From IMG/VR virus record IMGVR_UViG_3300046501_000132, positions 1 to 64,000 of that record: a stretch of 64,000 nucleotides of DNA; one strand, 5' to 3'. The position numbers and the translations under genes are program-made. Positions 31,801 through 41,386 of the stretch are shown in pieces (position 1 is the stretch's first letter; every line of letters starts with the position of its first letter). Origin of the DNA: a virus. The notes under the pieces are model-generated. The model did not search any database and was not told the origin of the DNA. It saw only the letters and a program-made list of their open reading frames with translations.

Positions 31801-33686
31801 AGACGACATACGATATGCTGGGCGGTCACAAGCGTTGGAGAACCGATCAGTATGTTCAGTATCAATATCAAACAACTATCAATAGCGAGACATTTAGCTC
31901 GTCTACTGATAATTACGTGTCTTCATACTTGGAGCCATATATGCGGTCTATCGTCATCACAATTGACTGTGTTGGCTTCCGACCGTTCACGCGCTTGTAC
32001 CCGTTCTTTGACGGTGTGAATATCTCTCAAGACTGCGCTCCGCAAGGAGGTAACTATGGGGATGCTCTATACACTAATGCGAATGGCGCATTGACTGGTT
32101 ACTTCCTAGTGCCGTGTCGCGCTGACCGTAAGTTCAAGGTTGGTACTTCGGTATTGAAGCTTACGGATGACCCATCTAACACTGATGATCCGAATGTGTT
32201 GACCTCTAGCGGTTCGACAACGTTCTCGTCTGGTGGCGTTTCCGAAACGCGTCAAGTAACGGTGACTAACACTACGGTGTTGACTGCCTCTACGACGCAA
32301 ACTGGTGGAGTGAACTACATTGACCCGATTGCTCAGACGTTCTTGATGCCATCGACTGGCGGATCATTCGCCACTAAGGTTGCGGTTTACTTCTCTACGA
32401 AGGATGCAAACGTTCCAGTGACTCTACAGTTGCGCACGGCTACTTCTGGCCTGCCTTCTTCTACTGTTATTGCGACGGTGACGCTAAACCCAAGTTCGGT
32501 GAATGTATCGGCTGATGGTTCTGTGCCAACTTACTTCGTGTTTGAAGACCCGATCTATCTGCAACAAGGATCGGAATATGCGCTAGTGCTACTAGCAGAT
32601 ACCCAATCGTATAACGTATATATCGCTCGTCAAGGACAAAACGTTATCGGTTCGAATATGGCTCTATCTAAGCAAGCATACACTGGTGTGTTCTTGACGT
32701 CTTCGAATAGTTCTACTTGGAACCCGGATCAGACTGCGGATTTGAAGTTTGATATTTATCGTGCTAGCTTCGCAACCGGCACGAGCAGCGTAACGTTCGA
32801 CAGTCTCGCTCCTGTGGCGATTCCGCTACCGTTCAACGCTGTTGCAACAACAAGCGGGTCTAATAACCTAGTGGTAACTTTAGAGTCCCACGGTTTGAAG
32901 GCTGGTGATAAGGTAACTCTGAATGGTTTGGTGACCGGAAACGGCATCACTGCGGTTTCGATCAACGGAATCCAAAAGACTGTTCTGACGTCCGACATCG
33001 ACACGTTTACAATTCAAGGATCGGCAGCTGCTACTGCAACCGGAACCATCGGTGGTACTGCAATGACAGCTCTTGCGAACTATCCGTTTAACGTGTTTGT
33101 GGGTAACGTAACAACGTTTGTTCCGGATGGTTCGGAAATCACTTGGGAATATCAGTATGCTTCTCAAGCGACTCGCGTGAAGTCGGGTTGGATTAAGTTC
33201 AACCCTATGGCTGATAACTTCGTACCCGCTGAAGGTGTTGCAAGACAAGCTGGCGATGTTCAACTACGTGCTACTTTCAACGTGGTGGCCGATAACTTGG
33301 CTCCGTGTATCGAAAGCTCAGGTATCAACGCGATTCTAGTAACCAACCGAGTGGATACAACTAAGAAGGTATTCAACTATGTGTCTACGGACATTAAGTT
33401 CAATAACCCGACTACGCAGGCTCGTTTCTACATTGGTGCTAAACTACCTGGATCTGCTGGTATGAAGCTCTATTTGAAGGAAATCGACTCTGCCGACCAA
33501 GACGTTCAAGCGACGGCCTGGGTTGAGTTGAATCCGGTATCTCCGGTGACGAACAGCGAAAGCTTTATCGAGTATGAATATCACTTGAGTGGAAACTTCG
33601 TTGGTTATAAGATTAAGATTGAGTTGACTGGGGACAACAATAACCCACCTGCTCTGTCTGATATCCGGACGCTAGCATTTGCTTAA
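28890..33686 (+). CDS. large virion protein, VrlC/DUF4815-like
   Basis: DDFDESKNYHRILF..AVQARELTQ, RYTMRDIGKLE, RFKNGFAVD, NINPY, DPIAQTF. Confidence 0.85.
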   Translation: MQKTNTNISPIFDDFDESKNYHRILFNAGKAVQARELTQAQTILQSQIERLGKHLFTEGAMVVPGGIKAIEAQDYAKITMNSGSAYADFAGTENLYAKGNTSGVIFKVAKTFDATSTDPVSLFMDLITPGTNQEKKFGIGETITLFFYNSSQVEQPLALAAVDELGQGQWVKVQSGIYFVRGMFVRTDSQDFVVSKYTTDTTLKVGFKVTETIVTADDDVSLYSNANGFPNENAAGASRLKIVLTLAGIGVDVVDSDFIEIARFDQGGLSDKIDYTSYSIIEQAIAQRTYETNGDYVVNDFGVDVKEHLKSGNNGGVYESANGGDETKLVAAMKPGIGYVKGYRVENIGIQNVVVDKARDTAFLNNAAYTADYGQYLVLTNVKSLPDIDIKKQLLLLDATTAQVGTARVRAIRRDGSNYRLYIFDVKMNSAKFITDVRSVKYTDSSSLFTGDIVDNPAVLYSTNTSTLLFKLPVPSVKSLFQAGVGGDTSYTVLRTFNLTTNSSGQVSASVGANEFFGAVDGINYFIALTGAASVGTQFDPTTSITLGGTIVGTTMNINLGVGFASQAIKVIAPVLKSQTTQKTKTLLTVTDEVIAFPDTNQQAFSKADIYDVISVKDNTTDADITSLFTFDNGQKDNWYENGKLKTADGNLIIRTVKVTYRYFAHSAGDYFSVDSYSGLTRNQISTYGGNNLADYIDFRPLKDAAGNFTSSTVFGEVIKPGDTIRADITYYLPRTDIIVVNADGEFKSVRGIPSLSPIAPEVPTDSMKLYELYLSAYTAKVSEVGVKSVDNRRYTMRDIGKLEARIANVEYYTTLSALESQTNKTEVLDPVTGNNRFKNGFAVDGFTDFRMADPLNQDWAAAMDLDNNWLRPMFVENGVDFAVSATSGAGKKTRVFMPNYTEVKAVSQPYATTTININPYAVFSWMGTVRLTPDRDYWKDVKYLDPIIVNNTLDYTGGAVAQTFWGSWQKTTYDMLGGHKRWRTDQYVQYQYQTTINSETFSSSTDNYVSSYLEPYMRSIVITIDCVGFRPFTRLYPFFDGVNISQDCAPQGGNYGDALYTNANGALTGYFLVPCRADRKFKVGTSVLKLTDDPSNTDDPNVLTSSGSTTFSSGGVSETRQVTVTNTTVLTASTTQTGGVNYIDPIAQTFLMPSTGGSFATKVAVYFSTKDANVPVTLQLRTATSGLPSSTVIATVTLNPSSVNVSADGSVPTYFVFEDPIYLQQGSEYALVLLADTQSYNVYIARQGQNVIGSNMALSKQAYTGVFLTSSNSSTWNPDQTADLKFDIYRASFATGTSSVTFDSLAPVAIPLPFNAVATTSGSNNLVVTLESHGLKAGDKVTLNGLVTGNGITAVSINGIQKTVLTSDIDTFTIQGSAAATATGTIGGTAMTALANYPFNVFVGNVTTFVPDGSEITWEYQYASQATRVKSGWIKFNPMADNFVPAEGVARQAGDVQLRATFNVVADNLAPCIESSGINAILVTNRVDTTKKVFNYVSTDIKFNNPTTQARFYIGAKLPGSAGMKLYLKEIDSADQDVQATAWVELNPVSPVTNSESFIEYEYHLSGNFVGYKIKIELTGDNNNPPALSDIRTLAFA

Positions 33687-33741
33687 TAAGTAAGAAAGAG
33701 GGGCTGAGGAAACTCAGCCCCAATTTCCACAGGAGATTTGA

Positions 33742-33960
33742 ATGCAACGAGTTAAAGACCAACCGCACCTAGTACGTACTGAAGCCAACGTTATCGAAAA
33801 TATTGATCAAGAGGCTTATCAGGCTTACATGGCCAGGCGCCGCGCGGTTAGTGACACGAAGACTAGGTTGGATAAACTAGAACAAGATACAACCGATATT
33901 AAGGAAACGCTTAATGCTATTCTTCAGTATCTAAAGAACAATAAGGACGATGGCAAATGA
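33742..33960 (+). CDS. small coiled-coil protein preceding gp13
   Basis: SD AGGAG; ATGA overlap with gp13. Confidence 0.7.
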   Translation: MQRVKDQPHLVRTEANVIENIDQEAYQAYMARRRAVSDTKTRLDKLEQDTTDIKETLNAILQYLKNNKDDGK

Positions 33961-34727
33961 AGAGAGTTCAATCACGTGCTGAACTAAAGCACAAAATTCT
34001 ATTGGAGCTGGGTCACCCATATATCAATGTAAACCTATCGGATGAACATCTTGATATGGCGATTGATACGGCCTTGCGTCACTTCTTCAAGTACAGCCCT
34101 TACGGCTCGTATGAGAATCACTACATCTACACTATCACCGCTCAAGACGTTACTCAAGGATTCATCAGCATTCCTCGGACGATTGATGCTGTGGTTGAGG
34201 TGCTGCCAAGCGGAACTTCTCTAAGTGATCTGAGCTTTGCTACTGCGGAATATCAGATGTCTCGTGAGACGTTTATGGCCGCTCAACGCTTCAACAACGT
34301 TTCCCTAGTGGATTTCGTTACGATGAAGCAACGTCTATATCACACACAACTGATCGTATCACCTCCGAAGAACTTTGAGTTTGTGAGATATCAACGTCGG
34401 TTGATTCCTTCGTTCGGTCTAATTGAAGGTCATGTTCTTGCACTACGCGTGTATGAGAATGTTGATCCTGAGGCGGCTGATGTAGGTATTGATCCATCTG
34501 ACGTGATTCCGGCTACTGATCTTTGGGATGATGAAGTCCTCAAGGAACTGGCTGTGGCTGAGTGTAAGGTTATCTGGGGTAATATTCTGAAGAAGTTTGG
34601 TCAGGTTGTTCTACCAGGCGGTGTTACGCTAGACGGACAGAAGATTTTTGATGAAGGCAAGGCTGAGTTCGATAGAATCACAGACCATATGTTATATCAA
34701 AATCCTGTTGACTTCTTCATGGGGTGA
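33957..34727 (+). CDS. gp13: neck protein
   Basis: LGHPYINVNL, WGNILKKF..LPGGVTLDG. Confidence 0.9.
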   Translation: MKRVQSRAELKHKILLELGHPYINVNLSDEHLDMAIDTALRHFFKYSPYGSYENHYIYTITAQDVTQGFISIPRTIDAVVEVLPSGTSLSDLSFATAEYQMSRETFMAAQRFNNVSLVDFVTMKQRLYHTQLIVSPPKNFEFVRYQRRLIPSFGLIEGHVLALRVYENVDPEAADVGIDPSDVIPATDLWDDEVLKELAVAECKVIWGNILKKFGQVVLPGGVTLDGQKIFDEGKAEFDRITDHMLYQNPVDFFMG

Positions 34728-34978
34728 TTATGAGTTATCGTTCAATTTTCAGCGGTCCTGAGATCGACCTGATCCTAGCTTCGATTAAGAACAAGTTGGA
34801 CAAGTCTGGTTCCTACACAGTGGCGAATCTACCGACTGACGCTTCAGAGGGCACGATTGCTTTCGCAACTAATGGTCGAAAGGTTGGTCAAGGTGCTGGA
34901 GCAGGAACCGGAGTTCCAGTGTATTTCAGCGCAGGCGCTTGGAGAGTATTCTCAACCGACTCCCCCGTGGCAGTCTAA
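34724..34978 (+). CDS. small virion protein
   Basis: YTVANLP...GAGTGVPVYFSAGAWR. Confidence 0.6.
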   Translation: MIMSYRSIFSGPEIDLILASIKNKLDKSGSYTVANLPTDASEGTIAFATNGRKVGQGAGAGTGVPVYFSAGAWRVFSTDSPVAV

Positions 34979-35006
34979 ATAACTAATATATATTTGGAGA
35001 TTCAGC

Positions 35007-35657
35007 ATGGCGATGAATTTGATGGGCGATTTTAAGAGGCCCAATGAGCAAGACTTGATTGCTGACCTCGTGGAAGAGGCAATCGAGCAGCGCGGGGTTC
35101 CTGTCCGTTATATCCTACGCGATATGCTGAACCCGGATGAACTATTTGGTGAGTCGTCAATGTCCCAGTTCAAGGACGCATACGACTTGCCTATGTTCCT
35201 AGAGTCCGTGGAACACTTTAACGGAAACGGTGATGTGTTTGATGAATTCGGATTTGGGAAAGTCGATGCGACTATCTTCCAAGTTGGTTCACGTAGATTC
35301 CGTTTGGAACTTGCTGAGTCTGGAATTGACCGTCCTCGTGAAGGTGATTTGATCTATATGGGGATGTCTGATTCCCTATGGACTATCACTAAGGTGAAGA
35401 TGGATCTGAAGTATTACCAAGTCGGTAAGAACTATTCATATCGTTTGGTTTGTAAGCTATTCAACTACAGTCACGAGGAAATTGAGAATCCGGAAAGCGA
35501 TTTCAACGAACTCACCACTGTGGGTGATCTAGACGATGAAGGTATTAAGAAGCTGTTGGGTATTGCCCCAGCTCGTAAACAAGATGAATCGGAAGCGATC
35601 CAGGACGTTATTCAGTCCAGCATTCCGGTTCAAGACGATGAGACATTCGGTTTCTAA
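35007..35657 (+). CDS. gp14: neck protein
   Basis: EQDLIADLVEEAI, LFGE, RPREGDLIY, FNYSHE. Confidence 0.9.
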   Translation: MAMNLMGDFKRPNEQDLIADLVEEAIEQRGVPVRYILRDMLNPDELFGESSMSQFKDAYDLPMFLESVEHFNGNGDVFDEFGFGKVDATIFQVGSRRFRLELAESGIDRPREGDLIYMGMSDSLWTITKVKMDLKYYQVGKNYSYRLVCKLFNYSHEEIENPESDFNELTTVGDLDDEGIKKLLGIAPARKQDESEAIQDVIQSSIPVQDDETFGF

Positions 35658-35665
35658 GGAACGAT

Positions 35666-36445
35666 ATGAGCGCACTATTTGGATTGGATAATTACTTCTA
35701 CCACGGCTCCATCCGCCGTTATGTCGCCCTGTTCGGTTCCTTATTCAAGGATGTATATATTCGTCGCGTCGCGGATGATGGTTCTAAAGAAGAATTCATC
35801 AAGGTGCCTATCCGCTACGGTAATGGTAATATGTACTTGAAGGCTCCACAGGATGCCTCCCGCGAGATTAAACAGATCGGCCGGATTCTCCCTGCGATGG
35901 CTTTCAAGCTAGATAATTTCTACAAGGACGTTAGCCGCAAGACTAACCCGATGAACCGTATCCAGAATCCGACTTTCAACGCGGCTGGAAAGCGAAACTA
36001 TCAGTTTAACAGGGTGCCTTACAGCTTTCTATTTGAACTAGAGATCAGAACAAAGAACACGGATGATATGACTCAAATCGTTGAGCAAATCGTCCCGGCA
36101 TTCGATGGCAACCTATCTGTGACTATCCAAGATACCACAGGTGTGGACGTAGAACAAGACATCATCATTTCTGTACAAGAAGTAACGATGGAAGACAACT
36201 TCGATGACGAACAGCAAGAACGTTTGATCGAATGGAAAATTGTATTTGAACTAAAGGGTTTCATCTATAAGCGAACCCTGACTGGTATTGTTGTTAACGA
36301 AGTGGATATCCAATGGGGTGATTCGTTCGATAACATTACTGACCAATTGTCGGTGACGGATCAAGGTACGATCACTGAAGAGCAAGGTGTACTTTCCAAA
36401 CTGACGGAGGTAGTGGATGGTATTGCATCCGCCCCTGCAGACTAA
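35666..36445 (+). CDS. gp15: tail sheath stabiliser/terminator
   Basis: YFYHGSIRRYVALFGSLF, KVPIRYG, QIVEQIVPAF. Confidence 0.92.
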   Translation: MSALFGLDNYFYHGSIRRYVALFGSLFKDVYIRRVADDGSKEEFIKVPIRYGNGNMYLKAPQDASREIKQIGRILPAMAFKLDNFYKDVSRKTNPMNRIQNPTFNAAGKRNYQFNRVPYSFLFELEIRTKNTDDMTQIVEQIVPAFDGNLSVTIQDTTGVDVEQDIIISVQEVTMEDNFDDEQQERLIEWKIVFELKGFIYKRTLTGIVVNEVDIQWGDSFDNITDQLSVTDQGTITEEQGVLSKLTEVVDGIASAPAD

Positions 36446-36463
36446 CAATAATAAGGGAATAAA

Positions 36464-37030
36464 ATGAGTACAATGTCTGAAAGATTGAAAGAGACTCTAG
36501 GGATGCTAGAGAACAAGGGGATTGAGATTAAGAATGTCCCCTCATTTGAAGATGCGGAATCTGATGAAGTGGTTGGCGCTCGTGGCGGCGCCATTATTCC
36601 ATTCGTCCCCAAAGAGATCGCAACATCAATTCCTGAGACTGAAAACTCAGACATTCGTGATGACTATATTACTTCTCGTAATATCACCCACACGTTGATC
36701 GATATGGCCGGCAGCGCGCTACAGGGCGCCCTGGATGTAGCAATCGAAACGCAGCATCCGAAGGCTTACACAGTCTTCAATGAACTCGCTACGACGATGC
36801 GCGGACTATCCAAGGACTTACTTGAGATGCAGAAGATTTACAAAGAAATCTCTGCTGAGAAGAAAGCCGCTCAAGAGGCTGCAAAGAAGGTTGGTGGTGT
36901 GACTAACAACCTTAACATCACGACACACAGCGCCTCTCTGGCAGATGTGTTGAAGATGATTAAGGATGGTGTTGATCCTAACACGATTGATCTAAATTCA
37001 ATTCCAGCTGAGGTGATTGATAATGAGTAA
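36464..37030 (+). CDS. gp16: terminase small subunit
   Basis: DDYITSR..HPKAYTVF; position before gp17. Confidence 0.85.
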   Translation: MSTMSERLKETLGMLENKGIEIKNVPSFEDAESDEVVGARGGAIIPFVPKEIATSIPETENSDIRDDYITSRNITHTLIDMAGSALQGALDVAIETQHPKAYTVFNELATTMRGLSKDLLEMQKIYKEISAEKKAAQEAAKKVGGVTNNLNITTHSASLADVLKMIKDGVDPNTIDLNSIPAEVIDNE

Positions 37031-38840
37031 GAAAGACGTTCAATTTGCTCCATATAAAGATGGAGGCGGTCACACCTTTCCGCTCCCAGACATCTTCCTA
37101 CCTTATCGGGACACCTATAATGGCAACATTCTGATCAAGAAGGCTTTCGTGAAATCTGAACTAACTGTTCAGCACATTCTGGAAGCCGCTCGTTGCGAAG
37201 CCGATCCAATCTACTTCATCGAGAACTATTGCCGTATTATTTCTCTGGATGAGGGCATCATCCCATTCCGTCTGTTCAAGTATCAGAAGGAAATGATCAA
37301 GATGTACGCGGAAAACCGTTTTAGTCTAACGCTGACCGCGCGTCAGATGGGTAAGACGGCAGCGATGGCAGCGTTTATCTTATGGTTCGCCATCTTCCAT
37401 CCGACTAAGACAATTGCTGTGTTGGCTAATAAGGGTGAACAGGCTCAGGAAATCATGGACCGTATTCGGATGGCCTTTGAATACTTGCCTTTCTTCCTAC
37501 AACACGGTGTGAAGGTTTATAATAAGCGTCGTATTGAATTTGATAACGGATCGGTCATCTTCTCTGCCGCCACGTCTGCCTCTGGTATTCGTGGTCGCTC
37601 TGTTGACCTTTGTTACATCGATGAGGCTGCGTTTATTGAAAACGATTTGACTTTCTACGAATCCACATATCCGGTTATTACGTCTGGTAGCGCGTCGCGC
37701 GTTATTATGACCACGACGCCTCGTGGTGCTCGTGGGATGTTCTATATGCTTTGGCGGGATTCGTTAGCCAATCGCAACTTCTACACTCGATTGGAAGTCT
37801 TATGGGATGCACATCCAAAGCGGGATGAGAAGTGGAAGGAAGAAACGATTGCTAATATTGGTTACTCTCGTTTCGCACAGGAATTTGCTTGTAAGTTCCA
37901 AGGTTCGTCAGGCACCTTAATCCCAACCGAAGTTCTGGAACGGATGGAGTGGATGAATCCTCTTGAAGAAGATGAACACCTGAAGGTATATCTGAAATAT
38001 CAGCACAAGTATGTTCAAGTTGCTGATCCGGAAGATGAGAAGGGCGAACGGATGATCACCGTTCCAGTTCCGCTAACCGCTGAGGATAAACCAAGACGTT
38101 ATATTGCAATTGCTGACCCGGCCGCAGGTTTGGGTCTAGACTACTCTGTTTGTACCGTATTGGATGTTACCGAATATCCATATCGTATTGTAGCCAAGTA
38201 CAGAAACAACAATATTAGTCCGTTATTGTTCCCGCATACCATTCTAAATATATGTATGTCCTATGGTAATTGTCCAGCACTCGTTGAATCTAACAACGAC
38301 GTGGGTGGTCAGGTTACTTACATCTTGTATTACGAATTGGAATATGAGAATGTTATCTTGACGTCAAACTCTGAGCGCGCAATCGGCGGCTTGCGTGAAG
38401 GCGGTAAGGGTAATCAGGCACTACCTGGCGTGCGGACTACCAAGAAGGTTAAATCCATCGGTTGCTCTAACCTCAAGACTCTACTCGAAAATGAGTATTT
38501 GGTTATTGAGGACCAAGAGACCATCGAGGAATTGGGAACATTCATTGCTAAGGGCGCAAGCTACGAGGCGGATGAAGAGTGCCATGACGATACCGTTATG
38601 CCTTTGGTATTGTTCTCTTGGTTCATCAAATCTGAGCTATTCAATGAATACTGCGGTAGCGATATTGTTGTTGATCTATATCAGAGAAACGTCAATAAAG
38701 CGATGGAACAAATCCTGCCATTCGGCTTCATCGAAAGAGCAAACGAGGAAGTTCAAGAGTACCAAGATGTTGTGGGTGGATACTCTATGAACGTAACCGA
38801 GAATAAGGTGATGACGTTTGATGAATGGATGAACACGTAG
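37017..38840 (+). CDS. gp17: terminase large subunit (ends in TAG)
   Basis: RQMGKT Walker A, YIDEAAF Walker B, TTPRG, HDDTVM. Confidence 0.96.
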   Translation: MIMSKKDVQFAPYKDGGGHTFPLPDIFLPYRDTYNGNILIKKAFVKSELTVQHILEAARCEADPIYFIENYCRIISLDEGIIPFRLFKYQKEMIKMYAENRFSLTLTARQMGKTAAMAAFILWFAIFHPTKTIAVLANKGEQAQEIMDRIRMAFEYLPFFLQHGVKVYNKRRIEFDNGSVIFSAATSASGIRGRSVDLCYIDEAAFIENDLTFYESTYPVITSGSASRVIMTTTPRGARGMFYMLWRDSLANRNFYTRLEVLWDAHPKRDEKWKEETIANIGYSRFAQEFACKFQGSSGTLIPTEVLERMEWMNPLEEDEHLKVYLKYQHKYVQVADPEDEKGERMITVPVPLTAEDKPRRYIAIADPAAGLGLDYSVCTVLDVTEYPYRIVAKYRNNNISPLLFPHTILNICMSYGNCPALVESNNDVGGQVTYILYYELEYENVILTSNSERAIGGLREGGKGNQALPGVRTTKKVKSIGCSNLKTLLENEYLVIEDQETIEELGTFIAKGASYEADEECHDDTVMPLVLFSWFIKSELFNEYCGSDIVVDLYQRNVNKAMEQILPFGFIERANEEVQEYQDVVGGYSMNVTENKVMTFDEWMNT

Positions 38841-38889
38841 TCATCTAAATATTACTAGGTTACACATTAACACTGATAAAGGAAAGATA

Positions 38890-40743
38890 ATGCTATTCTT
38901 GTCACCAGCCGTCCTTACTTCTGAGGACGATCAAACCCTATATACCCTGCAGGTGGCCAATAAAGTTGGCGCTATTGCAGGTGCTTTCCAATGGGGTCCG
39001 GTGGACACGCCGACCCTAATTACAAATGGCGAAAAGGAATTCACCACGAAGTTCGGTATTCCAGATAACGCAACATACAAGTATGTGATGCCGCTGCTTG
39101 ACTTCTTCAGCTACATGAACACTGCTTATGTAGTTCGTCAAGTTGGTACAACTGCGCGGAATGCTTTCCCCACTGGACAAACTGCTCAGCTAATCAAGAA
39201 CGACGATGCATTTGAACACGCTTCGCTAACTGGCGCTGACTTCATTGCTAAGTTCCCTGGTACGGCTGGTAACGGCCTATCGGTTGTTCTATTGAGCAAT
39301 TCCACGTTCGTTGGACACGAGCTAGCCAACCGCTTCACTTATGCTCCGCTAGCAGAAGAATATAACATCGCCGTTGTGGACACGACTGGTTATTGGACCG
39401 GAACTGCTGCTCGCAAGCAAAAGGAACGTCTAGTTGTTACTGGTACTGCCTCGGGTACGTCTTTGACTATCTTCGGCGTTCCTGTGACAGTTGCTGCTTC
39501 GGATACGGCTGCTCAAGTGGCTGCTAAGATCGGAGCAACTGCCGGTTTCCTAGCACTATTCGATACCGTGACCGTTTCTGGTAATATCGTTACCTACACA
39601 GAAAAGGTTGCTGGGTACTCTGCTGTCACCCCCGCCCCAGCAACGCAAGTTGGTTTGTCTTTCACGACCGACATCGTTGACCCAGGTAGCCTAGGCGGTG
39701 TGCTAGAAACGTATGAGTTGATGGAAGGCGTGACTACTGCTCGCTTTGCGGATGGCACTGTGAAATACTTTGCTGATGCGATCAACCAAGGTTCTAAGTA
39801 CATTCGCGTTGCTGATAAGAGTATTGCTCTATCTGCACGTACTGTGACTCTAACAGGCGGTGTGGATGACCAAACTGTTACGGTTTCTACTGGTTTCCAA
39901 CTATTGAGCAACCGTGAAGCCTACGACATTCAGTTCCTTATCGCTCCTGACGTAACCGAAGCCGAACAAAAGGCAATCATCGACGTGGCTGAAACCCGTG
40001 GTGACTGCATGCCGTTCGTGGCTCCGCGTATGGCTGACGTTGTGAACAACAAGGGTGGTGAAGTTGCTGCTGTTCGTGACTGGCGTCTGAATCGTCTAAA
40101 CAAGGATTCTAACTACGGTTTCGCAGTGGATAACTGGGGTTATATGTACGATAAGTACAACGATGTATACCGCTGGATTCCTGCAACGGGTGGCACGGCT
40201 GGTATCTTCGGTCGCACATTCGTTAACCAAGACCCGTGGATTTCTCCTGCCGGTCTGAATCGTGGTAAGTATAAGAACTACACTAAGATGGCTTGGTCTG
40301 CATCTGAAGAAGATCGCAATGCTTTGTACCCTTACGGTATCAATAGCATCGTTACCTTCCCTGCTGAGGGTATCGTTCTATTCGGTGATAAGACGCTAAC
40401 TCAACGTCCATCGGCATTCAGCCGCGTGAACGTGCGTTGGGCCTTCATCGTTGCGAAGCAATCTGTGGCTGCTATGGCTCGTTACTACTTGTTCGAAATT
40501 AACGATGAGCAAACTCGTTCGCAATTCGTGAACGCCGCTCGTCCGTTCCTTCGTAACATGATGAACCGCCGCGCCTTTGAGGACTTCCGCGTTATCTGTA
40601 ACGAGACGAACAACGATGGTGAAACACGACTACAGAACAAGATGGTGGTTCAGCTTCTATTGAAGCCGACATACTCTATCAACTGGGTGGTGCTAAACCT
40701 ATCTGCAATTCGTCCGGACGTGGCCTTCACCGAAAGCGAATAA
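38890..40743 (+). CDS. gp18: tail sheath protein
   Basis: FQWGP, YDKYNDVYRWIP, SPAG..RG, FGDKT, FEIND. Confidence 0.95.
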   Translation: MLFLSPAVLTSEDDQTLYTLQVANKVGAIAGAFQWGPVDTPTLITNGEKEFTTKFGIPDNATYKYVMPLLDFFSYMNTAYVVRQVGTTARNAFPTGQTAQLIKNDDAFEHASLTGADFIAKFPGTAGNGLSVVLLSNSTFVGHELANRFTYAPLAEEYNIAVVDTTGYWTGTAARKQKERLVVTGTASGTSLTIFGVPVTVAASDTAAQVAAKIGATAGFLALFDTVTVSGNIVTYTEKVAGYSAVTPAPATQVGLSFTTDIVDPGSLGGVLETYELMEGVTTARFADGTVKYFADAINQGSKYIRVADKSIALSARTVTLTGGVDDQTVTVSTGFQLLSNREAYDIQFLIAPDVTEAEQKAIIDVAETRGDCMPFVAPRMADVVNNKGGEVAAVRDWRLNRLNKDSNYGFAVDNWGYMYDKYNDVYRWIPATGGTAGIFGRTFVNQDPWISPAGLNRGKYKNYTKMAWSASEEDRNALYPYGINSIVTFPAEGIVLFGDKTLTQRPSAFSRVNVRWAFIVAKQSVAAMARYYLFEINDEQTRSQFVNAARPFLRNMMNRRAFEDFRVICNETNNDGETRLQNKMVVQLLLKPTYSINWVVLNLSAIRPDVAFTESE

Positions 40744-40788
40744 TTGAACGAAGGGGAGAAATCCCCTTCAACTAAATAAGGATTAAAC

Positions 40789-41316
40789 ATGCAGATTTCT
40801 CAATTGCGCCAAGCTGTAAAGTCTGGTCTAGTTCGTTCGAACCGTTGGCGTGTCACAGTCAACTTCCCTGGCTATGCCGGTTCGGGCGCTGACGGACAAC
40901 AAGCTTCTTTGCTAGCACGTACCACTAATACCCCTCCTTCTCAGGTCGGTGTTATTGATCTTACTTGGGGTGGTCGTAATCTACCGATCCCTGGGGATCG
41001 TACCTATGAAGAATTCACTGTGACGTTTATCGGCGTCAACGATATGAATGTGTACAACGCATTCCTACGTTGGTCTGAAAACATCAATGGTTCTGATTCT
41101 AACAAGGGTCTGACTGACCTTGATCTGATCATGAACGATATCCAACTTGAACTGTTGGACGTAAATGATACCGTGACGAAGACTTACCTGCTACACGACG
41201 CATGGCCCGCTACGGTCGGCCAGATGTCGATGGACTCTGGTGAAATGGATGGTTACTCGCAATACGATGTAACTTTCCGCTATGTGTCTTACACACAGCC
41301 GAACATCACGCTATAA
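40789..41316 (+). CDS. gp19: tail tube protein
   Basis: PGDRTYEEFTVTF, AWPATVG; follows gp18. Confidence 0.9.
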   Translation: MQISQLRQAVKSGLVRSNRWRVTVNFPGYAGSGADGQQASLLARTTNTPPSQVGVIDLTWGGRNLPIPGDRTYEEFTVTFIGVNDMNVYNAFLRWSENINGSDSNKGLTDLDLIMNDIQLELLDVNDTVTKTYLLHDAWPATVGQMSMDSGEMDGYSQYDVTFRYVSYTQPNITL

Positions 41317-41386
41317 TGCATTAGTATGACGGGAGGGACTTTGTGGTCCCTCCTAAATACTAGTAACAAGTTTAACAAGGGCAATT